The notes under the pieces were generated by a model. That model did no database searches. It saw only the letters and a program-made list of their open reading frames with translations, and was not told the origin of the DNA. Below are positions 1-9,686 of a stretch of 64,000 bases of DNA, piece after piece. The position numbers and the translations under genes were made by a program. Each line of letters starts with the position of its first letter. The stretch's first letter is position 1. This DNA is from Bdellovibrio sp. ZAP7 (GTDB taxonomy: Bacteria > Bdellovibrionota > FAC87 > UBA2466). The stretch covers positions 22,350 through 86,349 of the forward strand of contig CAMCTJ010000005.1 of NCBI GenBank assembly GCA_945878405.1, in the 5' to 3' direction.

Positions 1-1
1 C

Positions 2-652
2 CAAACTTGGGGAATTCAAACTCTCAAGAAAATGTTGGAGGCGGGAGATCTGGGAGCTTGGATTACTATCGAAGGCCGCTACTGGCAGTCCAGCGCTGGT
101 CATAAAAAGCAATCTGGCGACACTCAAAAGACTTGGAAAGATGATATCGCGTTGAGCGGTGCTTACGATGTGCTTCTCGACTTAACGACCCATTGGGCTG
201 ATTTAGTTTTCTTTTTGGCTGGAGAAACGCCTGAGAAAGTAGGAGTGTGGAAGGCATTTGTGAACTCAACTTCACCTCATCGGGATACTCATAATCACAT
301 CTCCATGGAATTTTCACAGAACAGACGTTCGATGGGTTCCATCTCTAAAACAGCCCACGGTTCCGGCAATGACTTAGAAATTCATGTGATAGGGGAGAAG
401 CGTTCCGTTTCTTGGGCCTTTATGAATCCAGATGAGCTCGTGATTGGTGAGGGCGGGAAACGAATGACTCAGCATCGCCCGGATGGTTCCTCATTTGGAA
501 GTGAGCAGTATCCTTTTCATAGCACCGGTTGGCTTGAAGGCTATGTTGAAATTATTAAACAGTATTTTCATCATATGCGGGGAGAAGCATTCACAGCTTA
601 TCCGAATCTAAAAGACCAGAGCATGATTTTAAGAAGCCTGTTTCAAAAATAG
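2..652 (+). CDS. Gfo/Idh/MocA-family oxidoreductase, C-terminal part (5'-truncated by window edge)
   Basis: Frame is open from position 2 (QTWGIQTLKKMLEAGDLG...). 'G.LG....IEGRY' and 'LLDLTTHWADL' resemble the GFO_IDH_MocA C-terminal domain (G.L.D.G.H.D). Confidence 0.7.
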   Translation, partial: QTWGIQTLKKMLEAGDLGAWITIEGRYWQSSAGHKKQSGDTQKTWKDDIALSGAYDVLLDLTTHWADLVFFLAGETPEKVGVWKAFVNSTSPHRDTHNHISMEFSQNRRSMGSISKTAHGSGNDLEIHVIGEKRSVSWAFMNPDELVIGEGGKRMTQHRPDGSSFGSEQYPFHSTGWLEGYVEIIKQYFHHMRGEAFTAYPNLKDQSMILRSLFQK

Positions 653-658
653 AAATCT

Positions 659-3022
659 CTACTCGGCAGGACAATCCGCAGGGCAACTCAGATTGGTCTC
701 TCCGGTATCACACAGGAAGTCTCCACAGGTCCCTGCGGGGCTTGAGCCATCGCTCATCCAATCCATGATAAGAAGGCGAAAGGGATAATAATTTATCTGC
801 CATACTCTTCCGCCGGGGGCTATGAAGGTTTTGGGATAGACAGCTTGAGACCAATCTGGACTGAAGCCATAGTAGAGATCCATGTTTAAGCGCCTATCAA
901 CTGTTCCATCGAATTTAATGTGATAGAGATACGCTTTTTCAACGTAGTTGTGAGTATTTGGGATCCAAAATCCTGTCGCATCACGTGCAATGCTTTCAAT
1001 GGAATCAATAATGACATCCAAGAATCGGCCAGAGTCTGTAGCGTAATCATAGCGGTATATCGAGCTTCCATCGCCACCGGTTGCGGTAAACCAGCCACCC
1101 GCCCCTTCGCGAAGTACGTATGCGAGGGCCGGATCGAATCCAGAATTCGAGCTGGGTAAATTTACCGTTCTGATGACATTTAAAGTGCCCTTATCAAAGA
1201 AAACCAGATTGGAGTCTCCTGTGATTCCAATTTTCGAAGAATCTACAGCGATGGCTTGAGGATTTTGAATGGTCTCAGATAAATCTAGAGAAGTGATGAC
1301 TGCCCCACTGTTTCCATCTATTTTGTAAAGGGTGGTGCCTCCTAAAATCCATAAAAAGCCTTCGGAGGTTGCGCCCCCCTTAATCGATGACGGTAAAGTC
1401 TCTAAGAAATCAGTTACCGAATCAGTTTGTCGATGAACTCTCCAGACCCCGCCTCCAGACCAGGTTGAGAAAGCCCAGACATAATCACCCACTCTAAATA
1501 GTAGGGGTGAGCCACCATTACCGGGGAGATAAATATCACTGACCCAGGCCCCATTGGTAATATCTCGCTTTTGAATGGATGCATTATAGCGATACGAGAT
1601 CCACGCATAATTGCCAGACGCTAAAGTCGAATCGGCTACTGCATGGTCCCCATCGCCATAGATGTGATCCTCCGCATTATCTTCTGAATAGCTGGTGGTG
1701 CTGGCTGCGCACGAGTAATTGCAGCTAGAATCTGTCGTATTTGCCGAGGGATTATAGTTACAAGAGGTTTCATCCACACATCCATAGACAGCCAGACTGC
1801 GTATGCCATTGAGGTAGAAATAGGGATGGAAAGTGCCATTCGCGGCAAGGCCATCTTTATAATATTTTCCATCCGACATTTCTTCATCCGACAATTGAGC
1901 CAGGATCCCTGCGACATAAGTTTTTCCATTCGGCATTTCGCCATCGGAGAACTCAGCAAGCTCACCGCTTAAATAGTATTTTCCGTCCGTCATTGGCCCA
2001 TCAGCCAAAACGCTGTCGAAGTAATTCTTGTCCCGACAGCTTCCTGTTCCCTCAGTTAGGCTTCCAGTGTCTTCACCACTCTCAAAACAAGTTCCTAGCC
2101 AGACTCCATCCCCATGGTTGTTCAAAGTAGTTTTGACACCATTTAAGTAATATCCATCCGCTTGAAACCCGTTAGTGGTATTTCCCGGATCAAAATCTGA
2201 AACCGAGTTAATCACACTCGAATTTTGACCGATAAAATCTAGTTGTGCATTTGTAGCAGCAGCCGTTTTTGCGCCTGCCATTTTTGATGACCAAACAGCA
2301 GCTATTTTTTTTGCAGTGTTTGAATTATAGGTGCCGTCGAGTTTGCCATCGGTTTTGAAGTCCTCTTTCATGGCTGTCATAATGGAGGAGAGCTTGTCAC
2401 TAGAGTTTAAATCGGGCACATAAAGATCTTTCACAAAGTGAGAAAACGCAGCTACTGCCAGAGCTGACTTTACTTTACTTGAGTCTAAACTAAGAGCATT
2501 GGGAGCATCTGGAAGCACCGATAAATCAGCAACACTCAAACCAAAGAGCCTCGCAACTTCACTTTTTGCAGTGTTTTTTGCCTGAGCTAAACTTACGTTA
2601 CTGCTCAGTAGACTTTTGACTCTATCTGCCTCAAGAGTCGACATGGGCGTTAGCGGAGCCGTACTGGTCGCTCCTCCCGATGCAATCGAGGAAAGATCTG
2701 ACGCATTCTTTTGGACTTGTTCTGCTTCATCGGTGAAGGTTCCCCCCGATGATTTGATAATTACAGAACCCGTGTTTTTTGGAAGTGTGAACCAATATTC
2801 TCCATTTGAGTTGGTGGTAGTCATGGCAAGAAGGCTTCCTTCAGTTCCATTTGAATTGAGATCGTAAACTCTTACGGTTGCATTGTGAACGCGGGCTAGT
2901 TGAACAACCCCAGACAACGTGTATGAGCTGGGCGTGTAAGAAGTGGGCGAGATAATTTTCGAACAGCCCCCTAAAAACAGAAGCGCGACTATGAGTTGAA
3001 CAGCTTTCATCTTAGTCCTCAA
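659..3022 (-). CDS. Large modular surface lipoprotein (internal repeats, Cys-rich motifs, probable C-terminal beta-propeller)
   Basis: Lipobox LGGC after a hydrophobic stretch; 3x19-aa repeat; GCVDETSCNYNPSAN motif; WD/NHL-like C-terminal half; terminal CGDFLCDTGETNLSCPADC. Confidence 0.7.
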   Translation of the reverse strand: MRTKMKAVQLIVALLFLGGCSKIISPTSYTPSSYTLSGVVQLARVHNATVRVYDLNSNGTEGSLLAMTTTNSNGEYWFTLPKNTGSVIIKSSGGTFTDEAEQVQKNASDLSSIASGGATSTAPLTPMSTLEADRVKSLLSSNVSLAQAKNTAKSEVARLFGLSVADLSVLPDAPNALSLDSSKVKSALAVAAFSHFVKDLYVPDLNSSDKLSSIMTAMKEDFKTDGKLDGTYNSNTAKKIAAVWSSKMAGAKTAAATNAQLDFIGQNSSVINSVSDFDPGNTTNGFQADGYYLNGVKTTLNNHGDGVWLGTCFESGEDTGSLTEGTGSCRDKNYFDSVLADGPMTDGKYYLSGELAEFSDGEMPNGKTYVAGILAQLSDEEMSDGKYYKDGLAANGTFHPYFYLNGIRSLAVYGCVDETSCNYNPSANTTDSSCNYSCAASTTSYSEDNAEDHIYGDGDHAVADSTLASGNYAWISYRYNASIQKRDITNGAWVSDIYLPGNGGSPLLFRVGDYVWAFSTWSGGGVWRVHRQTDSVTDFLETLPSSIKGGATSEGFLWILGGTTLYKIDGNSGAVITSLDLSETIQNPQAIAVDSSKIGITGDSNLVFFDKGTLNVIRTVNLPSSNSGFDPALAYVLREGAGGWFTATGGDGSSIYRYDYATDSGRFLDVIIDSIESIARDATGFWIPNTHNYVEKAYLYHIKFDGTVDRRLNMDLYYGFSPDWSQAVYPKTFIAPGGRVWQINYYPFRLLIMDWMSDGSSPAGTCGDFLCDTGETNLSCPADCPAE
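1832..2002 (-). repeat. Three degenerate 57-nt (19-aa) tandem repeats within the lipoprotein
   Basis: DGPMTDGKYYLSGELAEFS / DGEMPNGKTYVAGILAQLS / DEEMSDGKYYKDGLAANGT. Confidence 0.75.
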
Positions 3023-3106
3023 ACGTGAGCTCTGACTAAGATTTTAACATGCTGTCTATAAGGATCGGTGATTGTGAAGAAAATTTCACAATTCAACTAT
3101 TGATAG

Positions 3107-3823
3107 TTAAGACTTCCTCACAATGAGTTCGTAGCAGGGCTGTTTTTGCGCAAGAAAAGTTTGTTCGAATTTGGTTCGGCCCTGGGGAAAAAGTTCTAGG
3201 GCGTTTAAAGGGTGAGGAGAAATTTCTCCAAACTTTAAAACTTCAAGCCCATATTTCTGACTGCAGACATAGTGAGCCTCTTCGACATAAAACTTCTGAT
3301 CGGAAGCCAAAATAAGATGTCCATTTTTTTCCAGGGCAGCAACGAGTTTTGGCATCGTCGGATGAAAATGCCATCGGTGTTTTCGATGAGCATTCTTAGG
3401 CCAAGGACACGGATACAAAATATAAATCCGCTCCAGCGTTTCGGGCTCGATTCCTGTCATAAAAGCAGCAATAGCATTTCCACGAATGCCCATAAAATTT
3501 TTCAGTCCGCATTCTTCTGAACGACGCACTAAGCGTTTTCCACGCATTCGGTCTCTCTCAATTGCGACCAGGTTTTTTTCAGGATGAAGCTTGGCCATGG
3601 ATTCAAAAAAATGACCTGTGCCTGCTCCAATCTCGAGCCAAAGTGAGTGCGGTTTTAAAAAAGAATTGGGAATTTCTGGATGGCGACGGTCCTGAAAAAA
3701 TTCCTCGTATCGCTCATGGGTAGATTTATTTTTTAAATCCCAGTTAATTCGAGACGGATTAAACTCGGGAGGTAAAGACTTCGGTAACATAAAGTTTGGG
3801 GAGTTTGCCCCAAGTCTTCTCAA
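3107..3823 (-). CDS. trmB: tRNA (guanine-N7)-methyltransferase
   Basis: LEIGAGTG SAM-binding motif, 'YPCPWPKNAHRKHR' (F/PDPW.K..H.KRR), 'TKFEQTF'. Start codon uncertain. Confidence 0.9.
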   Translation of the reverse strand: MRRLGANSPNFMLPKSLPPEFNPSRINWDLKNKSTHERYEEFFQDRRHPEIPNSFLKPHSLWLEIGAGTGHFFESMAKLHPEKNLVAIERDRMRGKRLVRRSEECGLKNFMGIRGNAIAAFMTGIEPETLERIYILYPCPWPKNAHRKHRWHFHPTMPKLVAALEKNGHLILASDQKFYVEEAHYVCSQKYGLEVLKFGEISPHPLNALELFPQGRTKFEQTFLAQKQPCYELIVRKS

Positions 3824-3833
3824 TAATCCAGCC

Positions 3834-4409
3834 TTAAGGGGTCGGCTCGTAGCACCTTCGGCAGCGAGCTTCGTAAAATTCCCCCGCTCCTACCAGAATT
3901 TGGCTTCCTCCCTGGGTTTCGTCTGACTGTCGTCTTTGGGTTCGAGAAGCTGTGTTGCCACAAACCGTGCAAATCGCTGACATTTTTGTAACGACCTCGG
4001 CGGTTGCCATCAAAAGAGGCATGGGACCAAAGGGGACTCCCCGATAATCCATGTCCAACCCAGCTACAATCACTCTTAACCCTCGGTTTGCGAGCCGGTG
4101 ACAAATTTCGACAACACTAGGTGCAAGAAACTGAGCTTCGTCGATCCCCACAACCCGGGTATTGTCCTCAACCAGGCCCAAAATTTCTTCAGGGTTCTCA
4201 ATATTCACGGCATGAAAAGCCAAAGAAGAGTGGCTGACCACGTGGTCATCGGAAAAGCGATTATCTAGTTTAGGTTTAAATACTTGCACCTTCTGGCGAG
4301 CAATCTTTTCGCGGTTTATGCGCCGTATCAATTCCTCTGTTTTTCCGCTGAACATGCTCCCGCAGATGACCTCAATCCACCCCATTGACCCTTGCTTCGT
4401 ATTAACCAA
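3834..4409 (-). CDS. tdk: Thymidine kinase
   Basis: GSMFSGKTEEL P-loop, IDEAQF, VAGLD, zinc-site CTVC and CRRC. Start placed at the TTG behind a GGGGG RBS; ATG 4385 is the alternative. Confidence 0.95.
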   Translation of the reverse strand: MVNTKQGSMGWIEVICGSMFSGKTEELIRRINREKIARQKVQVFKPKLDNRFSDDHVVSHSSLAFHAVNIENPEEILGLVEDNTRVVGIDEAQFLAPSVVEICHRLANRGLRVIVAGLDMDYRGVPFGPMPLLMATAEVVTKMSAICTVCGNTASRTQRRQSDETQGGSQILVGAGEFYEARCRRCYEPTP

Positions 4410-4520
4410 GACAATCCCCCTGTGTTGGATCCGGAATATAATGAAGGACAAAAAATCAGACAAGAAAAAGCCCAAAAAAGTTCATTGCGAAAATAGACCC
4501 ATTTGTGGGACAGTGTTTCC

Positions 4521-5129
4521 ATGTCGTCAGAACTCGCGGCCAGTCCATACTCAACAGTAGCTAAAATTGGAAGGGTCTGGTTTCGTTTTAGAAGTTTTTC
4601 GCCCATTCCGTTGTTTTTACTTTTAGTGATTCTGCCCCCAAATTTTACTCCCGGTCTTTTACAAACCTCAGTAGCTATTTTGGGAATTTTCTTATCAGAA
4701 GCGCTAAGACTGTGGTCGGTCGGATATGCCGGAAGTGCTACGAGAACTCGGGGTGATTCGGTTCCGCAATTGGTACACGCCGGACCTTATCGACATGTTC
4801 GAAACCCACTCTATGTAGCGAATATTGTGATGTACACCTCTGCTGGCGTTGTCTTTGGCTTTTCTGGCCTGAGCGTTTTGATTTTCCTGTTCAGTGCCGT
4901 GGAGTACATTTTCATTGTCGCGTTTGAAGAAGAAACGTTGTTAATGACTTTTGGTGCCGATTACGAAAACTTTTGTGAGAAAGTTCCTAGATGGTTCCCA
5001 AGCCTAACACCGATGATTGAGTCTACGGGCCAGCAATTCTCATTAGAAAAAGCTCTCAGAAGTGAAAGAAGTACTTTTATTTCTCTTTCCCTGATGGCTT
5101 TGCTTCTCATTCTGAAAAAAGCTTTTTAA
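4521..5129 (+). CDS. Isoprenylcysteine carboxyl methyltransferase / phospholipid methyltransferase family membrane protein
   Basis: 'LVHAGPYRHVRNPLY' and 'EEETL...FG..Y..FCEKVPRWFP' signatures; hydrophobic helices. Confidence 0.85.
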   Translation: MSSELAASPYSTVAKIGRVWFRFRSFSPIPLFLLLVILPPNFTPGLLQTSVAILGIFLSEALRLWSVGYAGSATRTRGDSVPQLVHAGPYRHVRNPLYVANIVMYTSAGVVFGFSGLSVLIFLFSAVEYIFIVAFEEETLLMTFGADYENFCEKVPRWFPSLTPMIESTGQQFSLEKALRSERSTFISLSLMALLLILKKAF

Positions 5130-5650
5130 AGAGCAACTGTAAACTGTCCCCCAAAGCCTAAGACTGGTTTTTCTAAGAAGAGGCCTCTCATCTCAGCGCC
5201 CATACTAAAATCCCTGGCGAGTGAAAATATGATTCCCCAGCTTAAATGAGGTCCCCAATATTTAAAATCGCCCGCTTGCGAAATGTAACGGCTAAATTGT
5301 CCTCCCCCAGATACGTAACCCGTGAAAAACCGAGTTTTAAAATCTAGTCGATACCCGAGTTCAGCCATGAAAATCTGCTCTATTTGCGGATAGATTCCCG
5401 TATCACTACCGTAGGAGACACCCACTTGAATGTGTTCAGTTCCTAAGGGGACGTACAGTCTTGGACAGAAAACCATCTGAGATGTTTCAAATCCAGTGAG
5501 TTGGTCTGGAACGAGAAATTGAATCCCCAGGCCGACGAGAGTTCGCCCCTCTTCTGTAGACTCCAGTTTTTCTAAAGAAACCGCTGAAAAAGAACTCAGG
5601 GAAATCAAACAGCAGATTAACAAAACACGGTATTTCATAAGATCCTTCAA
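5126..5650 (-). CDS. Putative small outer-membrane beta-barrel protein
   Basis: Signal peptide; alternating amphipathic strands; C-terminal FGGQFTVAL. Confidence 0.55.
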   Translation of the reverse strand: MKDLMKYRVLLICCLISLSSFSAVSLEKLESTEEGRTLVGLGIQFLVPDQLTGFETSQMVFCPRLYVPLGTEHIQVGVSYGSDTGIYPQIEQIFMAELGYRLDFKTRFFTGYVSGGGQFSRYISQAGDFKYWGPHLSWGIIFSLARDFSMGAEMRGLFLEKPVLGFGGQFTVAL

Positions 5651-5706
5651 GAACTAAAGAAAAGATACTCTAGCCGCCAGAAACACGCTAGCGGTATACT
5701 TTTTTT

Positions 5707-7431
5707 ATGAAAGTAGCCTTAAATCAAAGGGCGGTAGAGGTTTTGGAGGCAAGATACCTTCTTCGCGATCTTCACCAAGGCCAAATTATTGAAACACCCG
5801 AGCAGCTATTCGAAAGAGTCGCCAAAAGTGTTTCTCAAGCAGAGAAAAAGTTTGGAGGAAAAAAACAAAGAGATTTTTGGTTTTCACGATTTCTGAAGAG
5901 CTTAGTCGAGTTAGAGTTTCTTCCCAATTCACCCACCCTAATGAATGCTGGAACACCCATGGGTCAATTAAGTGCCTGTTTTGTGATTCCTATTGAAGAC
6001 AATTTAGGCCAAATTTTTGATTCCTTAAAGTTAGCTGCCTTGGTCCAGCAATCTGGTGGAGGAACCGGTTTTTCATTTTCTCGGTTAAGAAAAAAAGGCG
6101 ATCCCGTCTCGCTATCAACCGGAGTCGCCAGCGGCCCAGTTTCTTTCATGCGGATTTTTGATGCAGCTACCGAAAATATTCGCCAGGGAGGAAAGCGAAG
6201 AGGGGCAAATATGGGAATCCTGAGAGTGGATCACCCCGATATCGAGGAGTTTATTCAAGCAAAGATTGAACCTAATGGTTTTGTTAATTTCAACCTCTCT
6301 GTTGGAGTCACCAACAAATTCATGAAAGCAGTCCTAGCAGAAGAAGAAATTTCTTTAGTGGATCCTTGGAATGGAAAAAAATGTGGAAAAAAGAATGCCA
6401 AAGCACTTCTCAAATTGATCGCCGATTGCGCTTGGAAATCGGGTGACCCTGGCATGATATTCTTGGATCAGATCAACCGCCTGCAACCGACTCCTGTTTT
6501 AGGGGAGATTGAAGCTACGAATCCATGTGGAGAGGTTCCTCTTCTCCCTTTTGAAGCCTGTAACTTGGGCTCAATTAATCTGACGAAAGTTTTGAGACAA
6601 ACAGGAAACCGGTTTGAGATAGATTGGGAACGGCTTTCAGAGTTGGTGAGTTTGGGGGTGAGGTTTTTGGATGATGTGATTGAGGTGAGTCGGTGGCCTT
6701 CCACGCAGATTGAAAAGCAAGTAACTGGAAATCGGAAAATCGGTCTTGGAGTCATGGGGTTTGCGGAAATGTTGATTTTCCTGGGAACACCTTATGATTC
6801 TCCAAAAGCGGTTCTGATAGCTGAGCAGCTGATGAAATTTATCTCTGAAAAAGCCTGGGAAACCTCAAGTGCCTTAGCAAAAGAAAGAGGAGTGTTTCCA
6901 AACTGGAAAAAAAGTCGGTTTGGCAAACTGAAACAAAAAGTAAGAAATGCGACCGTTACCTCGATTGCTCCAACGGGGACAATCAGTATGATTGCTGGAA
7001 CCTCCTCGGGTATCGAACCCCTCTTTGGTCTTTCTTATACCCAGAAAAACATTCTAGGGGGTAAAAGTTTTCGGGTTCTCAACCCTGTTTTTGAAAAGAT
7101 AGTTCAAGACCGTAACGAGTTAACAACTCAGGAACTGCAACAAGTAAAAGAGTCAGGAAAACTCCCGGGAACTGAACTGTTCCGAACAGCGCTGGAAATC
7201 TCCCCGAAGTCTCACCTGGACATCCAAGAAGCCTTTCAAAAATTTACAGACAATGCGGTCTCAAAAACAATCAATCTTCCTGAGACTGCAACTTCAGAAG
7301 ATATTTATAATATTTATATTGAGGCGTGGAAGCGAAGTCTGAAGGGAATTACAGTTTTTCGTTATGGGTGTCGAAAAGAACAAGTATTTGAATTGGGGCA
7401 GAGCTGTCACTCAACTGATTGTCGCCTTTAG
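5707..7431 (+). CDS. nrdJ: Adenosylcobalamin-dependent (class II) ribonucleotide reductase, compact form
   Basis: FLPNSPTLMNAG, QLSACF, GGGTG, RRGANMG, ATNPCGE...EACNLGSINL, IAPTGTIS, VSKTIN, KGITVFR; C-terminal CxxxxC; no adjacent beta subunit. Confidence 0.9.
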   Translation: MKVALNQRAVEVLEARYLLRDLHQGQIIETPEQLFERVAKSVSQAEKKFGGKKQRDFWFSRFLKSLVELEFLPNSPTLMNAGTPMGQLSACFVIPIEDNLGQIFDSLKLAALVQQSGGGTGFSFSRLRKKGDPVSLSTGVASGPVSFMRIFDAATENIRQGGKRRGANMGILRVDHPDIEEFIQAKIEPNGFVNFNLSVGVTNKFMKAVLAEEEISLVDPWNGKKCGKKNAKALLKLIADCAWKSGDPGMIFLDQINRLQPTPVLGEIEATNPCGEVPLLPFEACNLGSINLTKVLRQTGNRFEIDWERLSELVSLGVRFLDDVIEVSRWPSTQIEKQVTGNRKIGLGVMGFAEMLIFLGTPYDSPKAVLIAEQLMKFISEKAWETSSALAKERGVFPNWKKSRFGKLKQKVRNATVTSIAPTGTISMIAGTSSGIEPLFGLSYTQKNILGGKSFRVLNPVFEKIVQDRNELTTQELQQVKESGKLPGTELFRTALEISPKSHLDIQEAFQKFTDNAVSKTINLPETATSEDIYNIYIEAWKRSLKGITVFRYGCRKEQVFELGQSCHSTDCRL

Positions 7432-7437
7432 CAAATC

Positions 7438-9372
7438 CTAATCAGCAAAACCCTTGAGCTTTAAACTAACCGAAGATTCCTCATCCAGCGAAGCTCCCGT
7501 TTCGGGAGTCTGCGAAACTACATAGCCATTTCCGGAAACCTGAACTTTTTCGACATACTGATTCAGCAAGGTCATAGCTTCATTTAGAGTTAAGCCCTTC
7601 AAATCAGGCATCACCCATTTTCCATTGGTCGATTTTACGAGTTCTTTGGGAGCGGACACATCTTTTCGTGGCTTTGCTTTTGTTTGTGAAACCACTTGCG
7701 ATGGACCGCGGTTAAGAATTTGGAGGGAGTGTTCGGCAATTTTTTTGAACAAAGGAGTTGCAACTAACGAAGCATAATATTCTGATTTTGGCTCATCTAC
7801 CATCACCCCGATAAGAAACTGGGGATTGTCTGCAGGCAAAAAGCCTACAAAGGAGGAATAATATTTTCTGCTTTTATACCCAGTCTCCGGATCGTACTTC
7901 TGTGCAGTACCCGTTTTCCCGGCAACACGAACTCCTGGGATCTTTCCGAGGTAGCCAGTTCCCTTTTCGTCTTCGGTTACGGCGAGCAGCATCTTCTTCA
8001 TTTGTTCGGCAGTTTCTTCAGAGATGATTCTTTCTCCGACGACCTGACCATTTTGAGAGGAACGATTGGAATCTAAAAGAAGCGTTGGGGAAACTAAAAA
8101 GCCTCCATTGGCAAAAGGAGAAAACGCAGTGACCACTTGAAGGGGAGTCGCCGAAATCCCTTGCCCAAAACCCATCGTGGCAAGAAGGAGTGGAGTGATG
8201 GCGTCCGGATTCTTTCTTTGGCCGCTGGTTTCCCCACTCAGCTCAATACCAGTTTTCTGTGTGAGTCCAAATCTATCTAAAAGGTCCTGGGCTCCTTGAG
8301 AACCTATTTTTTGAGCCACTCGAACGGCGCCTACGTTACTTGAGTAGGTAATTACTTTTTCCAAGGACAGTGATTTGTGATTGTGCTTTTTGTCAGATTC
8401 CGAAATCACCGTGTTTCCAACTCTAATCTTGCCGTTACCGCAATCGAGAACGCTTTCTGGTTTTAAAAGATTCTTTTCTAAAGCTTCTGCTGCAAAGAGC
8501 ACTTTCAATGTTGAACCTGGTTCATAGAGTGCTTGAGTTAGCTTATTTTGTTGATTATCCGACGAGGCTTGATTGGGAGTGTTTGGGTCGAAAGTGGGGC
8601 GCTGAGCGAGTGCTAATATTTCTCCGTTGCTGGGATTCATGACAACTGCCATGACAGCCTGAGCTTTTATGTCAGTCTTAGCTTTATCCAGTTCTTGTTC
8701 TACCATCGACTGAATTCGGCGATCGATAGTCAAATAAACACCGGAATCTCGTTCATCTGACTTGGAGTGATTCTTTTCAATATAACTAGTATTTCCGCGT
8801 CCATCTTTAGGAAGTCTTCGCCGTTCTTTTTCTTGGAGTAAAAGTTGGTTTAAGCTGAGCTCGATTCCGGAGAGTCCATTTCCGTCAATGTCTGTGAAAC
8901 CCAAGACATGAGAAGCTAGAGTGCCATTGGGATAAACCCGTTTGTTTTCTGATTCAATTCCGAGCCCTGGGATCTTTAATTTTTTGATGTCATTGGCTTT
9001 GTCTTCACTGAGTTGTCGTTGAAGCCATACAAAGCTCTTCTTGGGATCTAACTTTTGAAGCCATTTTGAAGTGGATCCGCCCAAGTTACGTGACAACATC
9101 AGCGCTGTTCTTTTTCTTGAAGCTAATTTTTTAGGATGTGCATAAATAGAAGTGACCGGAACGCTGACTGCGAGTTCCTCGCGATTGCGATCATAGATGG
9201 GCAGGCGATAGGGGGCTTTCTTATCCGTACGGGTAAATTGTCTTTTTGACAGTTCACTGAGGTCTTCGTTGGGTAGAACCTGAAGCTGGACGAGTCTGAA
9301 ACCTACCAGAGCGAAGAACGCAAAAAAAGAAAGGTAGATCAGTCCTAATCTGACTTTCAGCCATTGGCTCAT
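7438..9372 (-). CDS. ftsI: Penicillin-binding protein 3 (septal transpeptidase) with C-terminal PASTA domain
   Basis: EPGSTLK (SxxK), SSNVG (SxN), GKTGTAQ; PASTA 'MPDLKGLTL'; follows ftsL and rsmH. Confidence 0.92.
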   Translation of the reverse strand: MSQWLKVRLGLIYLSFFAFFALVGFRLVQLQVLPNEDLSELSKRQFTRTDKKAPYRLPIYDRNREELAVSVPVTSIYAHPKKLASRKRTALMLSRNLGGSTSKWLQKLDPKKSFVWLQRQLSEDKANDIKKLKIPGLGIESENKRVYPNGTLASHVLGFTDIDGNGLSGIELSLNQLLLQEKERRRLPKDGRGNTSYIEKNHSKSDERDSGVYLTIDRRIQSMVEQELDKAKTDIKAQAVMAVVMNPSNGEILALAQRPTFDPNTPNQASSDNQQNKLTQALYEPGSTLKVLFAAEALEKNLLKPESVLDCGNGKIRVGNTVISESDKKHNHKSLSLEKVITYSSNVGAVRVAQKIGSQGAQDLLDRFGLTQKTGIELSGETSGQRKNPDAITPLLLATMGFGQGISATPLQVVTAFSPFANGGFLVSPTLLLDSNRSSQNGQVVGERIISEETAEQMKKMLLAVTEDEKGTGYLGKIPGVRVAGKTGTAQKYDPETGYKSRKYYSSFVGFLPADNPQFLIGVMVDEPKSEYYASLVATPLFKKIAEHSLQILNRGPSQVVSQTKAKPRKDVSAPKELVKSTNGKWVMPDLKGLTLNEAMTLLNQYVEKVQVSGNGYVVSQTPETGASLDEESSVSLKLKGFAD

Positions 9373-9641
9373 TTTATATTCCCATACCGGTACACTTGGC
9401 TGAGTTTAGGTGCTTCCAAATTGAGATCCTGACTTAATTGTTTCAGCCTGTGGGGGGAACTAATTTTGGCCCATTGAATTCTGAGTTCTTGTTCTGACTG
9501 TTTCGCGAGTTTGAGTTCATTATCTCGCTTCACAAAGTCATAAGTAGCTCTGACGTTTGCTGTGCGAATCCAGATCACAGCTGCACTAATAATAAAAAGG
9601 ATGGCTGTTGAAACAGCTATTTCAAATTTTCTTGGAGTCAT
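9369..9641 (-). CDS. ftsL: Cell division protein FtsL
   Basis: 90 aa; one TM helix then coiled coil ending 'SSPHRL...LNL'; lies between rsmH and ftsI. Confidence 0.8.
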   Translation of the reverse strand: MTPRKFEIAVSTAILFIISAAVIWIRTANVRATYDFVKRDNELKLAKQSEQELRIQWAKISSPHRLKQLSQDLNLEAPKLSQVYRYGNIK

Positions 9642-9686
9642 AAGATTTGGGAGAGAAAACTAACTTACTTAATTTTAGTTTCTTTA

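Noticed and set aside
5651..5706. NrdR box or cobalamin riboswitch before nrdJ
   Set aside because: Only 56 bp, with no match to the NrdR palindrome and too short for a riboswitch.
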